Shown in pieces: positions 1 to 8,821 of a stretch of 17,979 nt of DNA. Within the stretch, counting starts at the first letter, position 1, and each line of letters starts with the position of its first letter. The notes below the pieces were generated by a model. The model searched no databases, was not told where the DNA came from, and saw only the letters and a program-made list of their open reading frames with translations. The DNA comes from a virus. Both the position numbers and the translations under genes were made by a program. The stretch lies in UHGV virus genome UHGV-0211073; one strand, given 5' to 3'.

Positions 1-264
1 ATGAATATCAACTTAATTTATCGTCATCCGTGTGAGCTGGAAATTGAATCATTGCTGAGCCGTGAAGAGCCATATCCAGACACATTCACTCTTGCAGATC
101 GCACGACTGAACGGCTTACCAGAGCGCGCACAGGTCTGGTTCATGTGATGAATGAGATTCTTCCATCGGTGGGAGGGGAACAGGCGACAGTAATCAATAG
201 CTGGCTACAAAAAGTTACCTCCCTGATAGATATCAGTTTAATCGATGTGGAGAGTGCGAAATGA
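1..264 (+). CDS. Small hypothetical protein (87 aa), conserved pre-primase ORF
   Basis: ATG at position 1. Stop overlaps the next start (ATGA at 261-264). Shares a pattern (V-x-N-[DE]-I-L-x-S ... [IL]-[LI]-D ... D-V) with the 72-aa ORF at 17578-17796 in element B. Confidence 0.45.
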   Translation: MNINLIYRHPCELEIESLLSREEPYPDTFTLADRTTERLTRARTGLVHVMNEILPSVGGEQATVINSWLQKVTSLIDISLIDVESAK

Positions 265-482
265 CCAACATCCAGCTCATTGAAGCGCAATGTCGCATCG
301 AACAGGTTCAGACTGTTTTAGGGTTCTGGCTTGAAGGGGCCAGCCCAAGCAACAGAGACAAGTTAATGATTGGCGCGGTTATGTCACTGCTCAATGGCGT
401 ACCAGAAGCTATTCAGGAAGCGGACGAATTGTTGGGCAAATATGAGTTACAGAATCATTCAGGCGAGGCGAAACATGAATAA
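261..482 (+). CDS. Small hypothetical protein (73 aa)
   Basis: Start overlaps upstream stop; stop (TAA 480-482) overlaps the next ATG at 475. N-terminal 'IQLIEAQ' and C-terminal 'SLLNG...EADELL' resemble 'LQLIEQA' and 'SLVND...RAELV' in the partial ORF at 17789. Confidence 0.5.
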   Translation: MTNIQLIEAQCRIEQVQTVLGFWLEGASPSNRDKLMIGAVMSLLNGVPEAIQEADELLGKYELQNHSGEAKHE

Positions 483-1077
483 TTTCTTAACCTTCCATGC
501 AGAAGCAACGCCTGACGGCGTAAACATCATGCACCGCAGCAACAATGGCATGACAGAACGCGTTGAGACCGTCTCATATATTGATGCCGTAAATCGTCTG
601 GATGCCGGGGATTATGACGATAAACCAGATGAAGGCATGTTTATACATCTCGCTATTGCCAGTGGCGGCAACCAGGGATATTTCGATTACACATCACAGC
701 ATCACGTGATTATGTGGCGCTGGCTGATAGCAACAGCATTAATCAATGAAATGAGAAAGGAAAACGGCACCGTCAGCATTATTGATGACAGTGGCAATCA
801 TTCCGTGGTTTCTGTTTATTCCAATGGCATCGTCGCCATGCCGCTGTATCCAGTAGCAGAGCGCCTCGCTATGGCAAACAACATTGAGGGCGCAATGATC
901 GAGAAATATGGTGTTGATGTCGGAACAAAGAATGCCATCATTTTTTACAGCAACATGTTCGATGTCGAACAGGGAACACTCACTTCGTTTGGGCGAGAAG
1001 TGCTTGCCGATCTTCACAACAGCTTTATTGCCGAACTAAACGAAAACGGCATCCCAGAAGCACCAGTGACGCACTAA
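475..1077 (+). CDS. Hypothetical protein (200 aa) immediately upstream of the primase
   Basis: ATG at 475 preceded by AGGCGAGG and overlapping the upstream stop; uninterrupted ORF. The longer 370 start in the ORF track is probably an over-extension. No recognisable motif. Confidence 0.6.
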   Translation: MNNFLTFHAEATPDGVNIMHRSNNGMTERVETVSYIDAVNRLDAGDYDDKPDEGMFIHLAIASGGNQGYFDYTSQHHVIMWRWLIATALINEMRKENGTVSIIDDSGNHSVVSVYSNGIVAMPLYPVAERLAMANNIEGAMIEKYGVDVGTKNAIIFYSNMFDVEQGTLTSFGREVLADLHNSFIAELNENGIPEAPVTH

Positions 1078-1089
1078 ACGGGGGCCAGA

Positions 1090-3441
1090 ATGCGAAACAT
1101 TGATCTTATCCGTCAGGTTATCAGTGCGTCTGAAAACAACTGGCCTCATGTGCTGGGCTGCCTGAACATAAATGTCCCTGACTCTCCGCGCCGTCATGCT
1201 CCCTGCCCTGCATGTGGGGGCAAAGACCGATTCCGGTTCGATGACAACGGGCGCGGTAGCTTCATCTGTAATCAGTGCGGCGCTGGTGATGGGCTGGATT
1301 TAATTAAACGCGTAAATAACTGCGACACAACAGAGGCGGCGCTGCTTGCCGCTGATGTTCTGGGTATTGATTACCGGACAACGGAAACACCAGAAGCCAC
1401 CAGCCAGAAACGGGAACAACTGGAAACCGAGCGCCAGCGACGCGAACAGGAGCGCCTGAAAAGGGCAGAGAAGGACGAACAACAAAGACGGGATACGTTT
1501 TCCCGTCAGTTTGATGACATGCGCAGAAAGGCTGTAAACGGCAAATCTGATTATCTGGTTGCGAAAGGGGTAGGTGATTTTACATTCCCTGTGTTGCCCG
1601 ATGGATCTCTGTTGCTGGCGCTGGTGGATAAATCCGGCGCAGTTACAGCAGCACAGACTATTACCTCACATGGTGAAAAAAGACTCCTGACAGGTTCAGC
1701 AAAGCGAGGGGCATATCACGCCATAAACGCACAGAAACGACCTCACAGCATCATAATTGCTGAGGGGGTGGCTACCGCCCTGTCGTGCCATTTAATTCGC
1801 CCTGACGCAATGACAGTGGCAGCAATCGACGCTGGCAACCTGTTGCCAGTAGCGGAAGTCATGCGCAGAACATATCCACAGGCACAAATCATCATTGCCG
1901 CAGATAACGATCACCAGCAAGGAAACTCCGAAAGTGGAGGGATCAACACGGGGAAAGATGCCGCAGAGAGGGCCGCTATTTCCGTAGCTGGCTGGGTGTC
2001 TCTGCCACCGACTGACTATAAAGCCGACTGGAACGACTATCACCAACAACACGGGCTGGCGGCAGCCACAGCAGCATTTAAAGATTCGATGTACCAGCCA
2101 CGGGGGAAAGGGGCGCAGGTGAAAAATCACAAACAGTCAGTCGGGGCGCTGAATGAGATCAGTTCTGGCGAGGTGTTAAGCGATGATGAAATTGCTGTCC
2201 TCGAAGAAATCAACCGGACGTTTACGCATGTCACCATCGGCGGGAAACACAAGGTGGTGTCGCTAAAGCCTTCTCAAACCGGCGGTGTATCGCACGTTTT
2301 CGAGGATTTATCACAATTTCAGCATTATTTTCATCATAAACCGAGAGTCGCCAGAAAGCTGGCGGGATCGGCGTGGCTGTCATGGAGTGGGAAGAACTAC
2401 AAGCCAGGAGGCGTAGGATTTTATCCAGTACCAGACAAATGCCCTGACGATGTTTTTAATCTGTATGAGGGGCTGGCACTGGAACCAATTGAAGGAGATT
2501 GCACGGTATACCTTAATCACCTGTTGCAGGTTGTCTGTGCCGGTAATGAAGAGGCATACCAATATCTTATCCAGTGGATGGCGCACATTATCCAAAAGCC
2601 TGATGAAAAACCGTCCGTGGCAATCGTGATGAAATCTGTCCCGGGCACAGGGAAAGGCACAACGGTTAAACCGCTGCTGCAAATACTGGGGCAGTACGCC
2701 GCCCACATTAACGGGGCGGGACATATTTCAGGGCGCTTCAATTCAATACTTGCTAACAAGCTACTGGTATTTGCTGACGAAGTGACGATCCACAAGCCGT
2801 CTGAAGCTGACAGACTTAAAGCGATTATTAGCGAACCGACGTTTAACCTTGAGCGCAAGGGAATTGATGCTGAACCAATGCCGAATTTTGCCCGGTTGAT
2901 ATTTGCCAGTAACAGCACACAGGTATTACAGGCAGGGATAAGAGAGCGCCGCTATCTCGTGCTTGAGCCATCTCCTGAAAAAGCACAGAGCCGGGAGTAT
3001 TTTGATCGGCTGTACAGTTGGCTTAATGATGGCGGTGCCGCAAAGTTGCTTTGGCATCTTAAAGGGGTGGATCTCTCAGGTTTTGACCCTCAACGAGCGC
3101 CACAGACCGATGCCTTACGTGAAGAAATCTTGCTGGGGCTGTCTGGCGTTGAATTGTTTCTTTATGGCGAGCTAATCAATGAACCTCCGTTTAATGGCGA
3201 AGTCCGTTTGTTTGCAAAGGATATGGTTAGTCGGTTTGTAGCGTGGTCGCTTGAGCGTGGGGAAAAGCTTAAAGAACCAGCTGCCAGATCACTACTGGGT
3301 AAATCACTTGCACAAATGGGGCTGGTGAAGCATGGAAGACCAGACCGAGGGAATGGCGTGTTCTACGAACTACCAGAGGTCGGAGTTCTACAGGCTGCGT
3401 TTGCCCGTCTGATCGGTATGGGGGGTTATGATGTTTTTTAA
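1090..3441 (+). CDS. P4 alpha-like DNA primase/helicase (zinc-ribbon + TOPRIM-like + C-terminal P-loop NTPase)
   Basis: 783 aa. N-terminal Cys cluster 'CPACGG...CNQCG' (zinc-binding). Acidic TOPRIM-like motifs 'IIIAEGVATAL' and 'IIIAADNDHQQG'. Walker A 'VPGTGKGT' and Walker B-like 'LLVFADEV' in the C-terminal half. GGGGG-type RBS before the ATG. Confidence 0.9.
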   Translation: MRNIDLIRQVISASENNWPHVLGCLNINVPDSPRRHAPCPACGGKDRFRFDDNGRGSFICNQCGAGDGLDLIKRVNNCDTTEAALLAADVLGIDYRTTETPEATSQKREQLETERQRREQERLKRAEKDEQQRRDTFSRQFDDMRRKAVNGKSDYLVAKGVGDFTFPVLPDGSLLLALVDKSGAVTAAQTITSHGEKRLLTGSAKRGAYHAINAQKRPHSIIIAEGVATALSCHLIRPDAMTVAAIDAGNLLPVAEVMRRTYPQAQIIIAADNDHQQGNSESGGINTGKDAAERAAISVAGWVSLPPTDYKADWNDYHQQHGLAAATAAFKDSMYQPRGKGAQVKNHKQSVGALNEISSGEVLSDDEIAVLEEINRTFTHVTIGGKHKVVSLKPSQTGGVSHVFEDLSQFQHYFHHKPRVARKLAGSAWLSWSGKNYKPGGVGFYPVPDKCPDDVFNLYEGLALEPIEGDCTVYLNHLLQVVCAGNEEAYQYLIQWMAHIIQKPDEKPSVAIVMKSVPGTGKGTTVKPLLQILGQYAAHINGAGHISGRFNSILANKLLVFADEVTIHKPSEADRLKAIISEPTFNLERKGIDAEPMPNFARLIFASNSTQVLQAGIRERRYLVLEPSPEKAQSREYFDRLYSWLNDGGAAKLLWHLKGVDLSGFDPQRAPQTDALREEILLGLSGVELFLYGELINEPPFNGEVRLFAKDMVSRFVAWSLERGEKLKEPAARSLLGKSLAQMGLVKHGRPDRGNGVFYELPEVGVLQAAFARLIGMGGYDVF

Positions 3442-3470
3442 TATAGTCTTTTTACAAGAAGATCGTTTTT

Positions 3471-3574
3471 ACCTGTACCACCTATACCACTTTGCTAATT
3501 CAGCATTAAAAACAATGCGTTATAGTGGTACAGGTCAATATCTTACCTATACCAGACCTGTACCACCTATACCA
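3471..3574. repeat. Iteron-like cluster 1: two perfect 19-bp direct repeats ACCTGTACCACCTATACCA (3471-3489, 3556-3574) plus an inverted core TGGTACAGGT (3526-3535)
   Basis: Read directly from the sequence. Lies in the non-coding gap just after the primase stop (3441). Confidence 0.65.
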
Positions 3575-3617
3575 TTAACAAACGCATTTCTTCTGGCTGG
3601 CTGAGAGGGAACAACCA

Positions 3618-3848
3618 ATGATGAGCACACCATTTTACAAAGTGCGCCAGTTAGCTTCTTCCTCTGGCTGGCAGCTACGGTTTGAGGGGCGTTCAGACTG
3701 GCTACCCATTGCGGCATGGGCGAATGTTGAAATGTGTATTGACGGCGATACCGTTGAAATCATTATTCCCTGCGTGGCAAGTCGGGACGGCTGTATAGAG
3801 CCAACAGATATGGCAGCAGAAATCAGAGAGGTAAAACATGAACAATAA
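3618..3848 (+). CDS. Small hypothetical protein (76 aa)
   Basis: ATG preceded by GAGAGGGAA; stop overlaps the start of the next ORF by 11 nt. Confidence 0.45.
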   Translation: MMSTPFYKVRQLASSSGWQLRFEGRSDWLPIAAWANVEMCIDGDTVEIIIPCVASRDGCIEPTDMAAEIREVKHEQ

Positions 3849-4575
3849 CTATTGCATACTGCAGGGAATGACCAGAACGGAGCGCGAAGAATTAAAAAGT
3901 TTCGCTACACAGTGCGGGAATGCTGGCGACATCCAAAGTCTGGAACGCACTTTAATTATGATTGCGCACTGGATGCGCCAGGGGCAAAGAGTTTCATTTA
4001 CTGAATATGCCAGCCAGTGGACAGAGGCACAGCGCGAACGGAGCGACGGTAATCACTCAACACCCGAAATGGCGAAGCAATGGCCTTTCAGTGGTAAACG
4101 CTGTATCAGTCCCGGTGGTTCAGATTATTACCCTGCTGGTGTGGGAGATGAGCCATGTTGTGACGAGACTGAAATCCGCCACGCAGTGACAGTAATTACC
4201 GCTGAATACCCACAATTTAACCTTGACGGACTGGCGCTCCACAACCGGAATGCGGACTGGGAAAACCCGCTTGATAACCCGTCATTTATCGTATCGGCGA
4301 AAAGCTGCCTGAGATGGATCAGAGACAACGGGATGAGTAATGCCCAGATTGAGAGCTTCCCGCAGGATAACCCCACATCTGACACGTTGAAGCATGAAGT
4401 GGAGCGATATAACCAGATAAACCACCAGCACAGTGATCACCCGCACTATATCCCCAACGGAGCATTTATTGCGGCGATGGTGGCAAGCGGCTACAAGGTT
4501 AAGCCAGCGGGAAGAATGAACGCATTTTTCAATATTTCAAAAAAGGGATTATGTGCTGCTATGGGTAAAAATTAA
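3838..4575 (+). CDS. Hypothetical protein (245 aa)
   Basis: ATG at 3838 overlapping the upstream ORF; uninterrupted ORF; no motif recognised. Bracketed by the two iteron clusters. Confidence 0.55.
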   Translation: MNNNYCILQGMTRTEREELKSFATQCGNAGDIQSLERTLIMIAHWMRQGQRVSFTEYASQWTEAQRERSDGNHSTPEMAKQWPFSGKRCISPGGSDYYPAGVGDEPCCDETEIRHAVTVITAEYPQFNLDGLALHNRNADWENPLDNPSFIVSAKSCLRWIRDNGMSNAQIESFPQDNPTSDTLKHEVERYNQINHQHSDHPHYIPNGAFIAAMVASGYKVKPAGRMNAFFNISKKGLCAAMGKN

Positions 4576-4580
4576 ATAAA

Positions 4581-4684
4581 TGGTACAGGTCTGTACAGGT
4601 GGGGAGAGGTCATTTTTACCCACCTGTACCACCTGCAGGCCGCGCCACACAAGGGTTTGTGACATGGTGGTACAGGTGGTACAG
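4581..4684. repeat. Iteron-like cluster 2: several copies of the GGTACAGGTGG / CCACCTGTACC core in both orientations
   Basis: TGGTACAGGT (4581-4590), CTGTACAGGTGG (4591-4602), CACCTGTACCACCTG (4621-4635), GGTGGTACAGGTGGTACAG (4667-4684). Same core as cluster 1. Confidence 0.6.
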
Positions 4685-5050
4685 CAAAAACAGCGATTTT
4701 CTTTATAAGGTATGTTTTGCTCATCTGGCAGACGGAGGTATTCGCTGCGGTTTGGCACATAGCCCAGAACAGCAAAGAGTTTTACGAGACTTTTGTAAAA
4801 TCCAGTGTACAAGGGCGTGACGTTTTTGAAGGTGAGCACTACGAAATTTTCGTAGTTCAAAAAATAGCCTCTGAGATGTTGTTATGCCTGTTCAGCAAAC
4901 CATCCGCATAGCTGATCGCGAATCAAATTACCAATGGAGCCAGAAGCAAGGGCAGAACTGGAAAGCGCCTGCCGTGAAGAGTAATGCGACTCCATAAATA
5001 TAGTTTTTAGAGTCCATAAAAAAACTGTCAAAACCTGACATACAGAACGA

Positions 5051-5082
5051 TGCCACCAGCTACTGAACGGTGGCATTTTTTT
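5051..5082 (+). terminator. Rho-independent terminator (stem TGCCACC / GGTGGCA, then T7)
   Basis: 7-bp perfect stem with 11-nt loop followed by TTTTTTT at 5076-5082. Sits between the upstream module and the 5179 operon. Confidence 0.6.
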
Positions 5083-5178
5083 GTGCTATTTGTTTCATAT
5101 TTTGCAATCACAATGATGAATGTTGCGTTTTATGAAACTATAATGACTGTTGTTTTATACAGTTCTAAGGGGGGCGTT

Positions 5179-5352
5179 ATGGCTATTTCAGTAAAGCCAG
5201 TATTGATAAGTGAGAAGCAAATGGAAGCGATAAAGAAAATTCAGGAGGAGCAGCGTAAAAAATCAGAGGTAGGAGTTGCGCCAACGATCCACGAAATTGC
5301 TCGGGGATTAATGGATAAGGCGCTGGCTTACACTTTAACTGGACGTGGGTAA
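5179..5352 (+). CDS. Small protein (57 aa), first gene of a three-gene operon; possible DNA-binding or regulatory protein
   Basis: ATG at 5179 preceded by AAGGGGGG. Candidate -10 TATAAT at 5140-5145 in an AT-rich leader. Stop 5350-5352 lies 4 nt before the next ATG. The ORF-track start at 5050 overlaps the terminator and is rejected. Confidence 0.45.
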   Translation: MAISVKPVLISEKQMEAIKKIQEEQRKKSEVGVAPTIHEIARGLMDKALAYTLTGRG

Positions 5353-5356
5353 ATTT

Positions 5357-6700
5357 ATGGCTACGTGGCAACAGGGTATTAATTCTGGTGGTTTTCTGGC
5401 TGGCATCGGTGCGCAAAATGAGAATGCGCCAAAGGCAAGCGACATTAACGCAACGCTTGGTCTGATCCGCGAAAACAATGAACTGGCTCGCTCAGGTGCA
5501 AATAACGTTGCTCTGACAGGTCTTCGTGGTCTGGCTGGAGTTGCTGACATTTATAAGCAGCAGCAACAGCAGGAACGTAAAGCGGCATTCCAGAAAGGTT
5601 ATGCAGATGCTTATGCGTCCGGTGACAGGGAGCAGATGCGTAATCTTATTACAGCATTCCCAGAAGAGTTTGAGGAAGTCCGTAAAGGGATGAGTTATGT
5701 CGATGATGCTCAAAGGGATGATTATGGCAATCTGGCGCTCAAAGCACAGGTAGCCTCATCGCTTGGTCAGGGCGCATTTGGCAGGTTCATGATGGATAAT
5801 GAGCAGGAGATGCGTCGTTTAGGTATCCCTCCAGAAACTATTGCTGAAATGCAGGTTAATGACCCGCAGGGCTTCCAGCATTTCGCAGGTAATCTGGCGC
5901 TGTTTTCTCTCGGTCATGAGAAGTATTTCGATATCAAAGATCAAATGGAAGGTCGTCGACTTGAGCAAGGGCGACTGGATGAAAGTATGCGTCAGGCTGA
6001 CATGGAGAACGCGAGAGGATGGGCAAATATCCAGAACGCTCAACTAGACAGGGCTCAGCGAGCACAAATTCACTCAGATGAGATGGGATTGAAGCTAATG
6101 GAGCTGGGGCAAAAAGGTAAGCCGTCAGCAGACTTAATTAAGGGATTAAATTCTGACATTACCAATTTTGGCAAAAATTATAACTCTGTCAGAGCGGCGG
6201 CAAACTCTCTGCAAGCCCTTAGCAAGGTAAATACTGGCGCTGCCCAACTTGGGATTATCTTCAACTACATGAAATCTCTTGACCCGCAGTCAGTCGTTCG
6301 TGAAGGCGAACAGGTTCAGGTAATGCGGTCTGATGGCATATGGGGACAAATCAAAGGATACATAGACCAGCTTAATGCTGGAAACGGCCTGTCGCAGGAG
6401 GCAAAGGATAACATTGTTAACGCCGCAAAAATCAACGCCAATGCTATGGGGCAGCAGTTTAACCAGCAGGTTGACGAGTATCTCGATACATATGGAGAAA
6501 CTATTCCTCAGGGGCTAAGAAAAAGCCTTGAAAGAAGGAAAGCGAAGCTATTTGACGATGTTTCCGGGCAGCCTACATCACAGGCTGGCACTGGACAGGC
6601 AAAAGCGGCAACCGGAGGAATATCAGAAGGCGCAACGGCAACCAACCCTAAAACTGGTCAGAAAATCATTTACAGGAACGGAAAATGGCAGCAAATGTAA
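5357..6700 (+). CDS. Large hypothetical protein (447 aa), Q/A/G/N-rich, no catalytic motif recognised
   Basis: ATG at 5357 (MATWQQ...); long ORF; stop overlaps the start of the next gene by 16 nt. Contains a poly-Q run (QQQQQ) and no Walker A (GQKGKP does not fit), HEXXH or other signature. Confidence 0.7.
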   Translation: MATWQQGINSGGFLAGIGAQNENAPKASDINATLGLIRENNELARSGANNVALTGLRGLAGVADIYKQQQQQERKAAFQKGYADAYASGDREQMRNLITAFPEEFEEVRKGMSYVDDAQRDDYGNLALKAQVASSLGQGAFGRFMMDNEQEMRRLGIPPETIAEMQVNDPQGFQHFAGNLALFSLGHEKYFDIKDQMEGRRLEQGRLDESMRQADMENARGWANIQNAQLDRAQRAQIHSDEMGLKLMELGQKGKPSADLIKGLNSDITNFGKNYNSVRAAANSLQALSKVNTGAAQLGIIFNYMKSLDPQSVVREGEQVQVMRSDGIWGQIKGYIDQLNAGNGLSQEAKDNIVNAAKINANAMGQQFNQQVDEYLDTYGETIPQGLRKSLERRKAKLFDDVSGQPTSQAGTGQAKAATGGISEGATATNPKTGQKIIYRNGKWQQM

Positions 6701-8802
6701 TCTTACCGGAAGGTTTTGTGCTCGATGAACAACCTGATAACTCACAGTTTCCTGATAGTTCACAGCTTCCTGATGGTTTTGTGCTTGATGCCCAACCAGA
6801 ACAGCAGCAATCACCTTTGGTTTCACCAGAGGAAAATTCCAGACAGGAAAATGTTGTTAATAATGCTAACGGTTTCGACCGTTTTATGTATGGCGTTCTC
6901 AGTGGATTGATGGATGTTGGTAAAGGTGTTGGCCTGTTTCAGGATATGACACCAGAAGAGCAAGCCGCAATTCAGTCTCTACAGCAGAAGTTAGCGGCAA
7001 AACCATCAACCGCACAAGATGTTGGTGAGTTCGTTGGACAAGCAGCGCCATTTGTTAGTGGTGGTGGGATTATTTCTCAGGTTCCCAAAGGGGCGGCAAG
7101 ACTGGCTGCCGCCGTAGGGCTTGGTGCTGGAGAAGGGGCTATTGTAGCCAATGGAACAAATAGCGATGTTGCTTCCGGCGCTGCTATTGGCGCTGTGGCT
7201 GGCCCTGTAGCCGAACTTGCTGGCCCTGCAATTAATAAAATAGCTGGGAAATTAACCAAGAAGAATGTTTCTTCGATTCCAGATATTGAGGGGATTACTC
7301 CTGCCGAAGAGAAAATTCGTAAGTTATCTGCACAAGGCAACCCAAATCTTGCCTCTTCGCTTGAAGGGCTAGATCTAAAACCTCAGAAAGAAATTGTTGA
7401 GGCTGCAAATAGGCTTCATGTTGATTCAGTTCTTCCTTCTCATTTATCAGGAAATGAGCAATACCAAGCTGTAGAGCAAGCCCTAAAGTCACGGACAGGA
7501 TCAGCGTTAAAAGCTCAAGAAGATAAAGCAATAAGCGAATTAGCCTCTAGTGCTGACAAGATAATCGATGATGTTGCTGGTGCGCCAGATGCGTTAGCTA
7601 TGAGCGAAAAATATATTTATCAGATAAATAGTAGAATGGAAGCACTAAAAAACCGTAGTGATCAGTTATATAAACGTGTTGATTCCGCTCTATCACCAAG
7701 AACAAAAGTCGAAGCAAATAACACAAGCACTATGCTGGAAAAAATCGCTGATGATTTAGGAGGGTGGGATAATCTTGACCCAATAGAAAAGCGAGTTTTT
7801 ACAGCAATAAACCCCGGCCCAGATAGCATCCTAACGTATGCAAATTTAAACAGGCAAAGGCGTTTAGTTGGTGATGCCCTAAATAAAAAGCAGGGGCCAT
7901 ACAAAGATGCTGATAAAGAAGCGCTATCAAGACTATATGGAGCTTTAGCTGAAGACCAAAAATCTGTCTTATCCAATACTGGATACTTGCGAGATTTCGA
8001 AGTCGCACAACGCCTTGTAGCTATGAGAAAAAACTTAGAAAGGCAAATGGTAAATCTTCGCGGGAAAACACTTAATGGGGATATAGCGTATAAAGTAACG
8101 AATTCTCTTCAATCTATGGCAAAAGGTGATGCGAGAGGGTTTCGTGAGATTATGCAAAATACTCCATCAAGAACATTGCGAAGGGAGCTAGTAGGAACAG
8201 CATTAAGAGATATGCTTTCCTCTGGGAAGCGTGGGGCCGACTTTAATCCATCTGGCTTTGCAGATTGGTGGCAAAACTTGCAACACAGTGGACAGCTAAA
8301 GACTTTGGCTGAACATTTGCCAAAAGAAACAATGAGCGGACTATATGATGTATACAAAGTTGCCAGAGCAATAAAAAATGCTAAAGCGCATGAAATATCT
8401 ACTGGTAAGCTGAATGAGTTTGTAAACAGATTTAATCGGGTAACAGCTCCATACGAACTAGCAGCAAAACACATTCAAAAAATAGGCACGATGGTAGGCG
8501 CTCATTTTGGATCGCTTGGAGCCATTGCTGGGGCTGATATTGGAGCAAGATTGGCGAGTAAAGCTCGATTAGCTGGTGGAGCAGGGGCGGCTGATGCTGC
8601 GGATAAATTAATTGCCTCGCCAGCCTTCCAGAGCGCAGTAAAAAATCTACACGGAAAAGCGCCTGGGCACATTGTTGATTCACGTATCAGGCGCTCCCCT
8701 CAATGGAAGAGTTTTTTTAACTCTCTTCCTGAACAGGAAAAACGGACCATCGCCAGACTGGGCATCATTACTTGGCTATCTAATGATCCAGATAATGACT
8801 AG
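6685..8802 (+). CDS. Large hypothetical protein (705 aa) with N-terminal P[ED]GFVLD repeats and Gly/Ala-rich segments
   Basis: ATG at 6685 overlapping the upstream gene. N-terminus has 'LPEGFVLDEQP...LPDGFVLDAQPEQ'. Gly/Ala-rich stretches 'AAAVGLGAGEGAIVANG...AAIGAVAGPVAELAGPAINKIAG' and 'GAHFGSLGAIAGADIGARLA...AGGAGAADAADK'. No enzymatic motif seen. Confidence 0.75.
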   Translation: MAANVILPEGFVLDEQPDNSQFPDSSQLPDGFVLDAQPEQQQSPLVSPEENSRQENVVNNANGFDRFMYGVLSGLMDVGKGVGLFQDMTPEEQAAIQSLQQKLAAKPSTAQDVGEFVGQAAPFVSGGGIISQVPKGAARLAAAVGLGAGEGAIVANGTNSDVASGAAIGAVAGPVAELAGPAINKIAGKLTKKNVSSIPDIEGITPAEEKIRKLSAQGNPNLASSLEGLDLKPQKEIVEAANRLHVDSVLPSHLSGNEQYQAVEQALKSRTGSALKAQEDKAISELASSADKIIDDVAGAPDALAMSEKYIYQINSRMEALKNRSDQLYKRVDSALSPRTKVEANNTSTMLEKIADDLGGWDNLDPIEKRVFTAINPGPDSILTYANLNRQRRLVGDALNKKQGPYKDADKEALSRLYGALAEDQKSVLSNTGYLRDFEVAQRLVAMRKNLERQMVNLRGKTLNGDIAYKVTNSLQSMAKGDARGFREIMQNTPSRTLRRELVGTALRDMLSSGKRGADFNPSGFADWWQNLQHSGQLKTLAEHLPKETMSGLYDVYKVARAIKNAKAHEISTGKLNEFVNRFNRVTAPYELAAKHIQKIGTMVGAHFGSLGAIAGADIGARLASKARLAGGAGAADAADKLIASPAFQSAVKNLHGKAPGHIVDSRIRRSPQWKSFFNSLPEQEKRTIARLGIITWLSNDPDND

Positions 8803-8807
8803 TGAAT

Positions 8808-8821
8808 GGCCACGGATGGCC
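8808..8821. other. Short hairpin (GGCCA-CGGA-TGGCC) between convergent genes
   Basis: 5-bp stem between the 705-aa stop (8802) and the stop of the minus-strand gene (8822). No clear T-tract, so weak as a terminator. Confidence 0.3.

Noticed and set aside
739-2918. Minus-strand ORFs (739-1017, 1300-1485, 1792-2130, 2380-2724, 2517-2918) inside the 200-aa gene and the primase gene
   Set aside because: They lie entirely within well-supported plus-strand genes, and their translations are Cys/Trp-rich and atypical; most likely antisense-frame artefacts.
3471-4684. CRISPR array
   Set aside because: Repeats occur in both orientations with irregular spacing and flank protein-coding genes; no repeat-spacer periodicity.
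5050-5178. Longer start (5050) for the 57-aa gene
   Set aside because: The extension overlaps the terminator hairpin and T-tract and is hydrophobic nonsense; the ATG at 5179 has an RBS.
5357-6700. Walker A-type P-loop in the 447-aa protein ('LGQKGKPS')
   Set aside because: Does not fit GxxxxGK[ST] and there is no Walker B context; treated as chance.
6685-8802. 705-aa protein as a pore-forming colicin-type bacteriocin
   Set aside because: The Gly/Ala-rich C-terminal segment contains several charged residues (D, R, K) and no long uncharged helical hairpin as expected for a pore-forming domain; I cannot see a TonB/Tol box with confidence. Kept only as a loose analogy in the findings.
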